This document shows, one piece after another, positions 40,891 through 49,911 of a stretch of 64,000 nucleotides of DNA. The DNA is taken from the NCBI GenBank assembly GCA_934086395.1, contig CAKOIE010000002.1:14678-78677 (forward strand), read 5' to 3'. How positions within the stretch are numbered: position 1 is the stretch's first letter; the number at the start of each line of letters is the position of its first letter. The notes beneath the pieces are model-generated. The model made no database searches. It saw only the letters and a program-made list of their open reading frames with translations, and was not told the DNA's origin. Both the position numbers and the translations under genes were made by a program. Origin of the DNA: an uncultured Bacilli bacterium. Its GTDB lineage: Bacteria; Bacillota_I; Bacilli_A; RF39; UBA660.

Positions 40891-41222
40891 TAACGAATAT
40901 TCATATATTTTTGTTGACTATTCTATAATCTATTTGATATATTAATTTTCAGGAACATCTAATATGTTTGAGTGATTACTCCATATCTTTATTTTTTAAA
41001 GAAAGGAGTGATTTTATGAGAAAAATTGATTATCTAATCCTTTTTCTTATAGTAATTATTTTTATATTATTATTTATTATTATTAAACTGATATAAAAAA
41101 ATCACCATAAACTTTGGGGGTTTTGGTGAAACTTTGATAAAGGGTAATCACCTAGCTATCCAAATTAGGTGTTCCTTTTTTATTTTATGTAAGTCTTACT
41201 TACGTATTCATTATAGCAAAAA
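40891..41222 (+). repeat. Tandem direct repeat unit 1 (~332 bp) containing promoter, small ORF and terminator
   Basis: About 95% identical to 41256..41590. Begins TTAACGAATATTCAT. Confidence 0.8.
41016..41096 (+). CDS. 26-aa hydrophobic peptide MRKIDYLILFLIVIIFILLFIIIKLI (type I toxin-like small membrane peptide), copy 1
   Basis: Strong RBS AAAGGAGTG 7 nt before the ATG, with promoter-like TTGACT upstream. Terminator CACCTAGCTATCCAAATTAGGTG then T7 follows. Not in the ORF track because it is short. Confidence 0.55.
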   Translation: MRKIDYLILFLIVIIFILLFIIIKLI

Positions 41223-41255
41223 ATATTTTTATCTTCAATAGTGTTACCATAATAA

Positions 41256-41590
41256 TTTAACGAATATTCATATATTTTTGTTGACTATTCTATAATCTAT
41301 TTGATATATTAATTTTCAGGAACATCTAATATGTTTGGGTGATTACTCCATATCTTTATTTTTTAAAGAAAGGAGTGATTTTATGAGAAAGATAGATTAT
41401 TTAATCCTTTTTCTTATAGTAATTATTTTTATATTGTTATTTATTATTATTAAATTAATATAAAAAAATCACCATAAACTTTGGGGGTTTTGGTGAAAAT
41501 CACAAATTAGGATAATCACCTAACTAACCAAAATTAGGTGTTCCTTTTTATTTTATGTAAGTCTTGCTTACGTATTCATTATAGCAAAAA
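41256..41590 (+). repeat. Tandem direct repeat unit 2 (~335 bp)
   Basis: Second copy of the module. Followed by TTGACGAATTTT, a truncated start of a third unit. Confidence 0.8.
41383..41463 (+). CDS. 26-aa hydrophobic peptide, copy 2 (identical peptide, 6 synonymous nucleotide differences)
   Basis: Same RBS and terminator. All differences from copy 1 inside the ORF are synonymous. Confidence 0.55.
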   Translation: MRKIDYLILFLIVIIFILLFIIIKLI

Positions 41591-41630
41591 TTTGACGAAT
41601 TTTCAAGATGCTAAAATACGCAATTTCATA

Positions 41631-42323
41631 TTATTTAACTTCCATAACTGTTTGAAGTTTTTTAATAACCTTTTTTTCAATACGTGATATGTAAGACTGA
41701 CTTATACCTAACATTGCTGCTACTTCTTTTTGAGTATATTCTTCATTATTATTTAAACCATAACGAAGTGTCATAATTTCTTTTTCACGATCATTTAATT
41801 TTACCAATTCTTTTTTTAATAAATCTTTATCTACTTTTAAAGAAAACTCATCAAATACGATATTATTATCAGTTCCTAAAATATCTTCTAAGTGCAATTC
41901 ATTACCTTCAGGATCATAGTTTATTGCATCTTCTAAAGAAACTTCTGTTTTTCTTTTTTTATTTTTGCGAATATACATTAATATTTCGTTAGCGATACAA
42001 CGAGATGCATAGGTAGCTAATCTAATATTTTTATCTGGTTTATAAGTTTCAATTCCTTTAATTAAACCAATAGATCCAATAGATACTAAATCTTCTAAGT
42101 CATAACCCGTACTTTCATATTTTTTAGCTAAAAAGACTACCAATCTAAGATTATGTTCTATAAGTTTATTTCTAGCTTGTATATCACCTTGTTTACTTTT
42201 AATAATTTCTTCAAACTCTTCTTCTTTGGATAAAGGTGGTGGTAATATATCTGCACTACCAACAAATAGTAAACTATTATCTATTTTTAACAACTTAAAT
42301 ATTAAATCAATTAATTTTCTCAT
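41631..42323 (-). CDS. sigE: RNA polymerase sporulation sigma factor sigma-E (pro-sigma-E)
   Basis: Pro-sequence then 'ALPPPLSKEEE', 'LIEHNLRLVVFLAKKY', 'ATYASRCIANEILMYIRK', 'ISQSYISRIEKK'. Matches B. subtilis SigE. Confidence 0.9.
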   Translation of the reverse strand: MRKLIDLIFKLLKIDNSLLFVGSADILPPPLSKEEEFEEIIKSKQGDIQARNKLIEHNLRLVVFLAKKYESTGYDLEDLVSIGSIGLIKGIETYKPDKNIRLATYASRCIANEILMYIRKNKKRKTEVSLEDAINYDPEGNELHLEDILGTDNNIVFDEFSLKVDKDLLKKELVKLNDREKEIMTLRYGLNNNEEYTQKEVAAMLGISQSYISRIEKKVIKKLQTVMEVK

Positions 42324-43084
42324 AGTATCTCCTTATTTAATATAATTTTTATTCCATTTATATTTACATCTGACAAACCAATTAAAGCTTTTTTTGTTTT
42401 TTTATTATTAACCATAATTTTTTGAGGGGAAAACACTTCAAGTAAATCTTTATTATTAACAGTGTAATACGGAACTAAAAATGTTTTAATATGATCATCT
42501 ATTAAAGATGAATTTACTAAAATGATTGGTTTATGAAAGTAAGGATCTTTTAATTTATTACCAGTATCTAAAAAGGCAGTATCTTTAATAACTTTATCAT
42601 TATAGTATATTTCAATATTGTAATAGTTTTGATATTCAATTTGATAATGTTTTTGTTTATTAATAAATTTAATTATAATAAATGGACTAATTAATAAAAG
42701 TAAATAAAGATTTATTTTTAAACCATTATTTTCAAAGATATACCCTTTATTTGACAAAGTAACTGTATCATTAAGTAAGTAAATTGTTCCACCTAAAATA
42801 ATACTAAGAATATATAAATAAATAAGATTATCTTTAAAATAATTAAAGTTTTGATATTTAAAACTAATAATTATCATAATAATACTAGTTATTAACTTAT
42901 ACATTAATAATAACATGTTATTGTTTAGATAAAATAATAGTATAGTTGATAATGAACCAATAATAGAAGCAATAATTATACGAAATATATTTGGTTTTCT
43001 TTTTAATAAAACTGATACACCAATTAAAAGTAATAAATCTATTAAAAAATTAAATAAAATAATTAAATCAACATATATTACCAT
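42320..43084 (-). CDS. spoIIGA: Sigma-E processing peptidase SpoIIGA
   Basis: Five N-terminal transmembrane helices and a C-terminal aspartic protease motif 'FLDTGN'. Overlaps sigE by 4 nt. Confidence 0.8.
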   Translation of the reverse strand: MVIYVDLIILFNFLIDLLLLIGVSVLLKRKPNIFRIIIASIIGSLSTILLFYLNNNMLLLMYKLITSIIMIIISFKYQNFNYFKDNLIYLYILSIILGGTIYLLNDTVTLSNKGYIFENNGLKINLYLLLLISPFIIIKFINKQKHYQIEYQNYYNIEIYYNDKVIKDTAFLDTGNKLKDPYFHKPIILVNSSLIDDHIKTFLVPYYTVNNKDLLEVFSPQKIMVNNKKTKKALIGLSDVNINGIKIILNKEIL

Positions 43085-43128
43085 TTACCATCACCATTTA
43101 GATTATAAAATATAGAAATTTAAAAAAA

Positions 43129-43266
43129 TGTCGAAAAAAATTGTAGTATCTTAACTTTATTTATTTTTCATTAGCTGTTATTTACGACAAAATAATTAAA
43201 AATAAAGCACTATTAAAAAAATTAAACATCCAATATTATACCCAAAAAATGGTTTTATTAAGACAA
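43129..43266 (-). promoter_or_regulatory. Candidate spoIIG promoter region with Spo0A boxes
   Basis: 0A-box TGTCGAA at 43129-43135 (on the + strand). TTGTCGTAA on the minus strand at 43182-43190. Minus-strand TTGTCT -35 (43261-43266) and TGgGTATAAT -10 (43235-43240) are separated by a 20-nt spacer, as in the B. subtilis spoIIG promoter. Confidence 0.4.
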
Positions 43267-43314
43267 GCAACTATCACCTAGATCCAATAAAAAAATAACT
43301 CAAAAAAGTTATTT

Positions 43315-43722
43315 TTATTTTCCTTTATTTTCTGTTTTTTCTAATTTAGCAACAGTTTCATTTAAAACTTCAATAGTTTTCTTTCTAACATCAGAAGCAG
43401 CTTTTTCCAAAACAGGAGTTCCTTTTTCAACAGCTAAATTATATAAATCATTAGCTTTCTTTTCAATCTCTTTACCTTTTTTCTTAACAACAGAAACTAC
43501 CTTTTCCTTATCTAAATCTTTTAATTCTTTTTGGATCTCATTAATAGATTTTTCAATAGAATCTTTTACATCATCATATTCAATATCTTTAGCTTTTTCC
43601 CAAAGATTTTTCATCTTATCAACTAAATCCTTTCTAGTATCTTCACCCTTTTTTGGTGCAAATAACAATCCTAATGTAGCACCTACTGCAAGTCCAGCAA
43701 ATAATCCACCTTTTTTACTCAT
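43315..43722 (-). CDS. YtxH domain-containing protein
   Basis: N-terminal 'GGLFAGLAVGATLGLLFAPKKGEDTRK' followed by a coiled-coil Lys/Glu-rich region. Confidence 0.65.
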   Translation of the reverse strand: MSKKGGLFAGLAVGATLGLLFAPKKGEDTRKDLVDKMKNLWEKAKDIEYDDVKDSIEKSINEIQKELKDLDKEKVVSVVKKKGKEIEKKANDLYNLAVEKGTPVLEKAASDVRKKTIEVLNETVAKLEKTENKGK

Positions 43723-44005
43723 AATCGTCTTCCTCTTCCTTTCTCTTCTTTAAACTTACAATTTTATTGACAATTCCTTTTACAAAACCAGCAACATAAT
43801 CAGTAAGAAATCCAATTTTATTAGTAAATAAATCAAAAACATTAAAAACTTTATCTAGACTTTTTACTTTCTTAGTTACATCATCAATTAAATAATTGAA
43901 ATTGTCTATTGTAATTATAAGTTTAATTCCTAAAATAATACCTATAACTAATAAAATAATAAGTAAAATATAAATAATAATTGGTAATACTTCCATTAAT
44001 GTCAT
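43715..44005 (-). CDS. DUF948-like membrane-anchored protein
   Basis: Single N-terminal transmembrane helix and a charged C-terminus. Overlaps the neighbouring genes. Confidence 0.5.
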   Translation of the reverse strand: MTLMEVLPIIIYILLIILLVIGIILGIKLIITIDNFNYLIDDVTKKVKSLDKVFNVFDLFTNKIGFLTDYVAGFVKGIVNKIVSLKKRKEEEDDYE

Positions 44006-44880
44006 TATTCTTCTTCCTCCTCGTCCTTATTTTCATACATAGAATCTATTAAGTTAAATAAATCTTTTTCTAAAGTATCATCTTCATCATCTTTTGTTGT
44101 TTCTTCAATTTTTTTATCTTCTACTATAGGCATTTCAGATGTAGTCTCTACTTCTTCATTTTCACTTACAAATTCTTCTTTACTAATTTCTTCAGGAACT
44201 TCAGGCAAAATATCATCTTCTAATGGTTTTTCTTTTTGAATCTCTTGATTACTAATGAGAATTTCATCTAATGTCTTTAAAGGTTCAGCAAATTCATCAT
44301 CTACCTTTTTATTTTCTACTTCTTTTTTCTTTTCATACGCTTTTTTTCTAACATCTTCTAAACTTGGTCCCTTTACTCCTGTATCTGTTTTAATAATTAC
44401 ATCATCTTTAGTATAATTTTGATTTAAAACCCCATAAACAGGAGAAATTACTGGAGACGGAGTAAATATCTTTTTCTTTTCTTCTTTCTTTTGCTGTAAA
44501 AATTTAGAATAATCTCTAGGTTGTTCTCTCTTTCTTTCAGGTTCTTTGACAACATATTCATCTTTATTTCTTCTAGGAACATCATAATCATCATCAAAAA
44601 AGCTACTATTACTACTTGATTGTGAGTAACTATTACGTTTATTAACACTCAATTCCTTATCACTTCTAGTTGGTAGATCATCATCGAAATCTAAAGGAAA
44701 ATTAAAGTTACTTGTCTTTTTTTGAGGTTCACTAACAATATCATCATCCTTATCTTCAACAGGCATTTTAACCTCTTTTATCGGATTACTTTCCTTTACA
44801 ACACTCTTTTTCTCATAAGTAGTTTCCTCATCTTCATCAATATCAAATAATACATCTTTTATTTTCTTAAAAACACTCAT
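44005..44880 (-). CDS. Acidic low-complexity protein, hypothetical
   Basis: 291 aa, highly acidic. N-terminus 'MSVFKKIKDVLFDIDEDEE' resembles the SepF N-terminal helix, but no SepF core domain is present. Confidence 0.4.
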   Translation of the reverse strand: MSVFKKIKDVLFDIDEDEETTYEKKSVVKESNPIKEVKMPVEDKDDDIVSEPQKKTSNFNFPLDFDDDLPTRSDKELSVNKRNSYSQSSSNSSFFDDDYDVPRRNKDEYVVKEPERKREQPRDYSKFLQQKKEEKKKIFTPSPVISPVYGVLNQNYTKDDVIIKTDTGVKGPSLEDVRKKAYEKKKEVENKKVDDEFAEPLKTLDEILISNQEIQKEKPLEDDILPEVPEEISKEEFVSENEEVETTSEMPIVEDKKIEETTKDDEDDTLEKDLFNLIDSMYENKDEEEEE

Positions 44881-44883
44881 TAG

Positions 44884-45528
44884 TTATTCTCCTTTTATTA
44901 AATCATAATCTGGTACTTCATCATCTTTATAATTATCATACTCTTCAACTACCTTTAAGAAGTTTGAATCTTTTGAATTAGTCTCAAATATATTAAAACT
45001 CTCTTCACTATAGTTAAGTACATCTTCCTCAAGTAAATTTCCAATTATATCATCATTATACTCTACTGAAGATAAAATAATTAAACTATTTGCAATAGCA
45101 TTAGCAATATCATTACTATCTACTATTACTTCTATTTTAGCATAATTATACATTATTTCAATTAAATATTTATCATTTTTTACATTTATTTCAATATATC
45201 CACTCTTATTATCATAATTAATTAACTCACTCATATAAACATTATCTTTAACTTTATAACTATTTTCCACCTTATGATAATAACTAACAATATCTACAAA
45301 CATATAATATTTAAGATTATTTTCTCTAAACACTATATTTCTCTCATTAATTTTATCTATCACTAAATTAGATGGCAAATAAAATTTATAACCATTTTTA
45401 TATTCATTAGCGTTATTACTTTTACTAGATATAACTTTATTAATAATTTGTTCAACATTATTATTATCTATTTTAGTACAACCACACAATAAGGTTACAC
45501 TAAATATTAATATTATTATTTTCTTCAT
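44884..45528 (-). CDS. Putative lipoprotein
   Basis: Lipobox LLCGC. Confidence 0.5.
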   Translation of the reverse strand: MKKIIILIFSVTLLCGCTKIDNNNVEQIINKVISSKSNNANEYKNGYKFYLPSNLVIDKINERNIVFRENNLKYYMFVDIVSYYHKVENSYKVKDNVYMSELINYDNKSGYIEINVKNDKYLIEIMYNYAKIEVIVDSNDIANAIANSLIILSSVEYNDDIIGNLLEEDVLNYSEESFNIFETNSKDSNFLKVVEEYDNYKDDEVPDYDLIKGE

Positions 45529-45569
45529 CTATATCCCTCTAAATAATCATATCACAAATATGGATCTTC

Positions 45570-45624
45570 ATAAAGAAAAAATTTGCAAACAAAAACTAGA
45601 AGCGCCTTTCTAATCGCTTCTAGT
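45570..45624 (-). terminator. Intrinsic terminator (ACTAGAAGCG..CGCTTCTAGT, 10-bp stem) downstream of the 45722..46483 gene
   Basis: Perfect 10-bp stem, then T-rich TTTTTGTTTGCAAATTTTTT on the minus strand. Confidence 0.6.
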
Positions 45625-45721
45625 CAAAACCATTGTCCAAGCAATATTGAAAATTCTATTTAAACGAAAGACCTTTTTCTTATCGGCAATAGGACAACCC
45701 AAATCATCTACTTCTGGCATA

Positions 45722-46483
45722 TTATGATAAGTGAACATCGACACCACCCATTTGATCGTAGACTCCGACAGCAGATCCATAGAAGAAGAATACACCGCCA
45801 TATCCACCAAATCCTGTTGTATATTTCTTACTAGTTTCTAATGTTATTCTCTTAGTAGCATGTTGATATGAGGAATAAAAAGTACCATCGCCCTTTACTT
45901 CTAAGTCAATATCTTGAACTATTCTCATATTTACTGAACTTTTTGGTAAAAGAACAGTACATCCATAACCATTGCCGTTATAGACTCTATCAGTAAATTC
46001 GACCGCTTCTCCAGACCAGTATAAAAATGTATTTGGAGTTGTTAATCTTGTTAAATTGCCATATAAATATGAGCCTATTACATCATAACTTAAAACTTTT
46101 GGAAATCCTTTCCATTGCAATCCAGTTACCATTCCACAAAAACGGTCATTACAAGAATAAGCAAGAGTTAATTTTTTCGCTGTAGTTTCGTGAATTAATG
46201 CTTTAGGTGATTCCACGCTACTTTCAAAATCTTCTATCTCTTTCTTATAAACTTTCTTACCATATAATCCCATAGAAAGATATTTATTAAACTTATCTTG
46301 AGTAATAATCTCTTGATAGCCATCAAAATATAACTCACCTAAGAAATTATACTGTTCTTCCGTCATACCTACTCCATTCTTATTTGTATAATATACATCA
46401 TCTGCATGGACATTAATGCTTAAAACATTAATTACAAATAATGAACAAATAAGAATCAAAGATAACCTCACTAGTTTAAACAT
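45722..46483 (-). CDS. Secreted hypothetical protein
   Basis: N-terminal signal peptide. Gly/Tyr-rich C-terminus. Confidence 0.45.
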   Translation of the reverse strand: MFKLVRLSLILICSLFVINVLSINVHADDVYYTNKNGVGMTEEQYNFLGELYFDGYQEIITQDKFNKYLSMGLYGKKVYKKEIEDFESSVESPKALIHETTAKKLTLAYSCNDRFCGMVTGLQWKGFPKVLSYDVIGSYLYGNLTRLTTPNTFLYWSGEAVEFTDRVYNGNGYGCTVLLPKSSVNMRIVQDIDLEVKGDGTFYSSYQHATKRITLETSKKYTTGFGGYGGVFFFYGSAVGVYDQMGGVDVHLS

Positions 46484-46547
46484 ACATCACACTCCTTTCT
46501 TATTTCAACCATACCGCATCTTAACTAAAAAAGGTAGTGAATGTCAT

Positions 46548-47633
46548 TCACACCTCTAAAAAATCCTTAAAATACTTAGATAAATACTGATTAAAATATT
46601 TTTTATAAAGAGTATATTTTGAATTTTTTTGATCATTAATATTAACTGAAAAATTCTCATACAAATCATAATTATAATAATAAAACATCGATTTATCTAA
46701 ATAAAGTGTTATAAATACCTTATTCAAATTACTTTTAATTTTAATAACATTATCTTTTGGGAAATAAGAATACTCTACATTATCCTCTTTTAAATAATAA
46801 TATCCAACCTCACTGTTATATTTAAATCCATTTTCCATTAAACCTTTAATTAAATCATCTGTTTTGCTACACCTATTATTTCCTCCAGCAACACTATCAT
46901 CATTTAAATTACTTACCATAAGATTATCATTTTTAAAATCATTAAAATAATCAAGTTTAATTTTAGTACAAGACTTATTATAACAAGCATCTAAATAAAG
47001 TTCTTTATTCTTACTTAATAAATTCATAAATGTTTCTTGAGACTGTTCAATTTCTACAATTAAATTCTTGGCACCACCAGTTAATAAAATAACCTCATTA
47101 CCATTTTCATCATAATAATATAATCTTATAATATCGACACTAATTAAATTATCTTTATTATCATAAAAATTGCCAGGTCTAAAATAAACTTTTTCTTTAT
47201 TCATAACTAGAAGTCCATCTCTAGTTCTAACAGAGTCATTTTCTCCATAAATCATATATACTTTTACTGAATTATAAGTGCTTACAAAGTAATAAAATAA
47301 AAATGATATTAAAACAAATAATAAACCAATTTCTAAAAATATTATTATCTTTTTACTTCTACTTTTAGATTTAATAAGAGTAATTAAAGTATTACTAGTA
47401 GGCGTAGTATCAATATTCTTCTCATTTCTTTTACCATTTAATAATTCATCTATTGAAACATCAAAGAAATTAGCAATCGAGATTAACTTATCATTAAGTG
47501 GAATTATATCCTCATTTTCCCACTTATTAACTGTAGTCCTATGAACAAATAATTTCTCAACTAACTGTTCTTGACTAAGCCCACGCTCCAATCTCAATTC
47601 CTTTATAAATTTTGAAAATTTATTTGTATCCAT
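46548..47633 (-). CDS. XRE-family HTH domain protein with transmembrane anchor and extracytoplasmic domain
   Basis: N-terminal HTH 'LSQEQLVEKLFVHRTTVNKWEN', a single transmembrane helix near residue 95, and a C-terminal domain of about 250 aa. Confidence 0.6.
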   Translation of the reverse strand: MDTNKFSKFIKELRLERGLSQEQLVEKLFVHRTTVNKWENEDIIPLNDKLISIANFFDVSIDELLNGKRNEKNIDTTPTSNTLITLIKSKSRSKKIIIFLEIGLLFVLISFLFYYFVSTYNSVKVYMIYGENDSVRTRDGLLVMNKEKVYFRPGNFYDNKDNLISVDIIRLYYYDENGNEVILLTGGAKNLIVEIEQSQETFMNLLSKNKELYLDACYNKSCTKIKLDYFNDFKNDNLMVSNLNDDSVAGGNNRCSKTDDLIKGLMENGFKYNSEVGYYYLKEDNVEYSYFPKDNVIKIKSNLNKVFITLYLDKSMFYYYNYDLYENFSVNINDQKNSKYTLYKKYFNQYLSKYFKDFLEV

Positions 47634-47897
47634 TACTTCATCATCCCAAACAATAAATCTACCACTTATCTATTAAAAAAGAAACTACTTTTGTTTCTTC
47701 TTGCCATAGTATAAACTATTTAAAACTTTTACCTTAACACCTTTTTCATATTTGAACATTTTTCTAACGTTTTTAGGTAATTCTTTTTTATAAACTTTCA
47801 TAATTTCCTCCATCCAACAGACCTATTATAGCACAATTTTATAAATTTTGCCTAGAAAATAGACATATAAATTGATAAATGTTATAATTTTTTAAGA

Positions 47898-48767
47898 TTG
47901 GAGATAATGAAAATGAATAGAAGAGATGGAATTAAAGTAAAAGATATAGACGGAATGCACAATTTAATGTTAGAAATTATGCCCAAAAGATGTGATTCAG
48001 ATGTATATATATCTTCTAAAATTGATGTTACTAATTTAGTTGAATATGTTAACAAATTAAAAAAGAAAGATGACTATAAAAATTTAACTTATTTTCACAC
48101 CTTTTGCATTGCAATTGGAAAACTAATTTATAATAGACCATTACTAAATAGATTTATAATTAATAAAACATTTTATGATCGTAAATACGTTTCTTTAGGT
48201 TTTGTTGCTAAAAAAGAATTTACTGACCATTCAGAAGAAGTATTTACATCAATAAAAATTAATAAAAATGATAATTTAAAAACCATTAGTGATAAAACAA
48301 GTGGTAAAGTTACTAATCTAAGAAACAATAAAACTAATAATACTGATGATTTAGTTAACAAAATAGGTCATATGCCTAAATTAATAAGATATATTATTAT
48401 TAAAATTTTTAAGTTTTTAGATAATCATGATTTAATCCCTAATTCTATTACTGAAAACCTAATTTATTATCAAAGTGCCCTACTATCTAACTTAGGTTCA
48501 ATTAACTGTAATTCTATTTATCATCATCTAACAGACTTTGGTACTAATGAAGCTTTAATCACATTTGGCAAAATTGAAGATGAAGCTAAAGTTATTAATG
48601 GTAAAATTGAAATAAGAAAAATGTTAGATATTGGAGTAACTATAGATGAACGAATAGCAGATGGATTTTACTTTGCAAAATCTCTTAAGTTATTAGAATA
48701 CATTTTTGAAAATCCAGAAACTCTAGAAGATAGTGCTGATACATTATACAATATCAAACTACGTTAA
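47898..48767 (+). CDS. 2-oxoacid dehydrogenase E2 / CAT-like acyltransferase catalytic-domain protein
   Basis: C-terminal 'DERIADG' matches the DHRxxDG catalytic motif of the E2/CAT fold. Confidence 0.5.
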   Translation: MEIMKMNRRDGIKVKDIDGMHNLMLEIMPKRCDSDVYISSKIDVTNLVEYVNKLKKKDDYKNLTYFHTFCIAIGKLIYNRPLLNRFIINKTFYDRKYVSLGFVAKKEFTDHSEEVFTSIKINKNDNLKTISDKTSGKVTNLRNNKTNNTDDLVNKIGHMPKLIRYIIIKIFKFLDNHDLIPNSITENLIYYQSALLSNLGSINCNSIYHHLTDFGTNEALITFGKIEDEAKVINGKIEIRKMLDIGVTIDERIADGFYFAKSLKLLEYIFENPETLEDSADTLYNIKLR

Positions 48768-48804
48768 TAAAATTATATTTCTTCCATAAAGAAATATTAA
48801 AAAA

Positions 48805-48850
48805 AGAAATATTAAAGTTTAAAATAACTAATAATATTTCTTTTTTATTT
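48805..48850. terminator. Terminator-like inverted repeat AGAAATATT..AATATTTCT then T-run, between convergent genes
   Basis: 9-bp arms with a long loop, followed by TTTTTTATTTT. Confidence 0.35.
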
Positions 48851-49911
48851 TATATTCCATAATTAAATCCACTAGAATATTTCATAATTTTATTAAATAC
48901 TCTAACTTTTTCTTTTCCATCTAAAATAACAGGTTGATAATTATTTTTATTTTTAAAACCAGATACTGATGCAGGAACAATTTCAATATTATCATCTAAT
49001 TGTAATTCACCATTAGAAAAATTAAACGTTTGTCTAAACATAAATGTATCTTTATCAGTTGGATTTTGATTCCCACCAAATACAAAATTAGCTAAAGAAT
49101 AAATTATATATTTATCATTATATTTTTCAATCCCCTGTATTACATGAGGATGCGTTCCAACTACTAAATCAGCACCATTATCAATTAAATAATGTCCCAT
49201 CTTTTTTTGTGCTTCATTTTGCATTAAATCTTTCTCAATTCCCCAATGTACACTAACAATAATAAGTTCAGCACCATTTTCTTTTAAATAATCAAGACCT
49301 TTTTTAGCTTCTGCATATTTTACACAATCAATATCATGAAAAGCCATAAATCCAATTTTAATACCATTTACTTCTTTAATTAAATAGTCACTATAACCAT
49401 AATGCAATACATTATTATCATTTAAAGTCTTAATAGTTTCATCATAACCACTTTTACCAAAATCATAAGCATGATTATTAGCAAAACTTACCATTTCTAC
49501 ACTACCTTTTTTTAAAACATCAACATAACTAGTAGGTGCTTTAAAATTAAATGCCTTTTCCACTATATCATTTGAGGAAGTAAATTGTCCCTCTAAATTA
49601 GCAACCGTAATATCATCTTGATCTAAATATTCCTTTACTTTAGCAAAATAATAAGCATAATCCCCATTATTATCATCAAAATACTTATCAAATCTACTTC
49701 CATACCAATATCTAGGATCCCAACCTATTGTACAATCACCAACAAAACTTAAAGTAACCTTCTTTTTATCAAATTTGTAACTATCTTCACTTGTCTTTTT
49801 GATAATTAAAGGTACATTAATAATATTATTTTTATTACTAAATCTAACAAAAAAAGTATAAGCAAATAAACAAAAAATTATAATATACAATCCAATTATT
49901 AACTTTTTCAA
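48850..49911 (-). CDS. CapA/PgsA family metallophosphatase-fold protein (poly-gamma-glutamate synthesis-like)
   Basis: N-terminal membrane anchor. Motifs 'SFVGDCTIGWDP', 'FANNHAYDFG' and 'GTHPHVIQG'. Confidence 0.7.
   Translation of the reverse strand: MKKLIIGLYIIIFCLFAYTFFVRFSNKNNIINVPLIIKKTSEDSYKFDKKKVTLSFVGDCTIGWDPRYWYGSRFDKYFDDNNGDYAYYFAKVKEYLDQDDITVANLEGQFTSSNDIVEKAFNFKAPTSYVDVLKKGSVEMVSFANNHAYDFGKSGYDETIKTLNDNNVLHYGYSDYLIKEVNGIKIGFMAFHDIDCVKYAEAKKGLDYLKENGAELIIVSVHWGIEKDLMQNEAQKKMGHYLIDNGADLVVGTHPHVIQGIEKYNDKYIIYSLANFVFGGNQNPTDKDTFMFRQTFNFSNGELQLDDNIEIVPASVSGFKNKNNYQPVILDGKEKVRVFNKIMKYSSGFNYGI

Noticed and set aside
44005-44880. SepF cell-division protein
   Set aside because: Only the first ~15 residues resemble SepF. 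The conserved SepF/DUF552 C-terminal core is absent and the protein is dominated by acidic low-complexity sequence.
47684-47801. Apparent 38-aa basic peptide ORF with a perfect RBS (GGAGGAAATTATG) in the divergent intergenic region
   Set aside because: Careful recounting of a T-run shows the frame hits a TGA stop after 18 codons, so the long basic ORF was a miscount. Only the RBS-like sequence remains, and it may belong to the promoter or UTR of the XRE-family gene.
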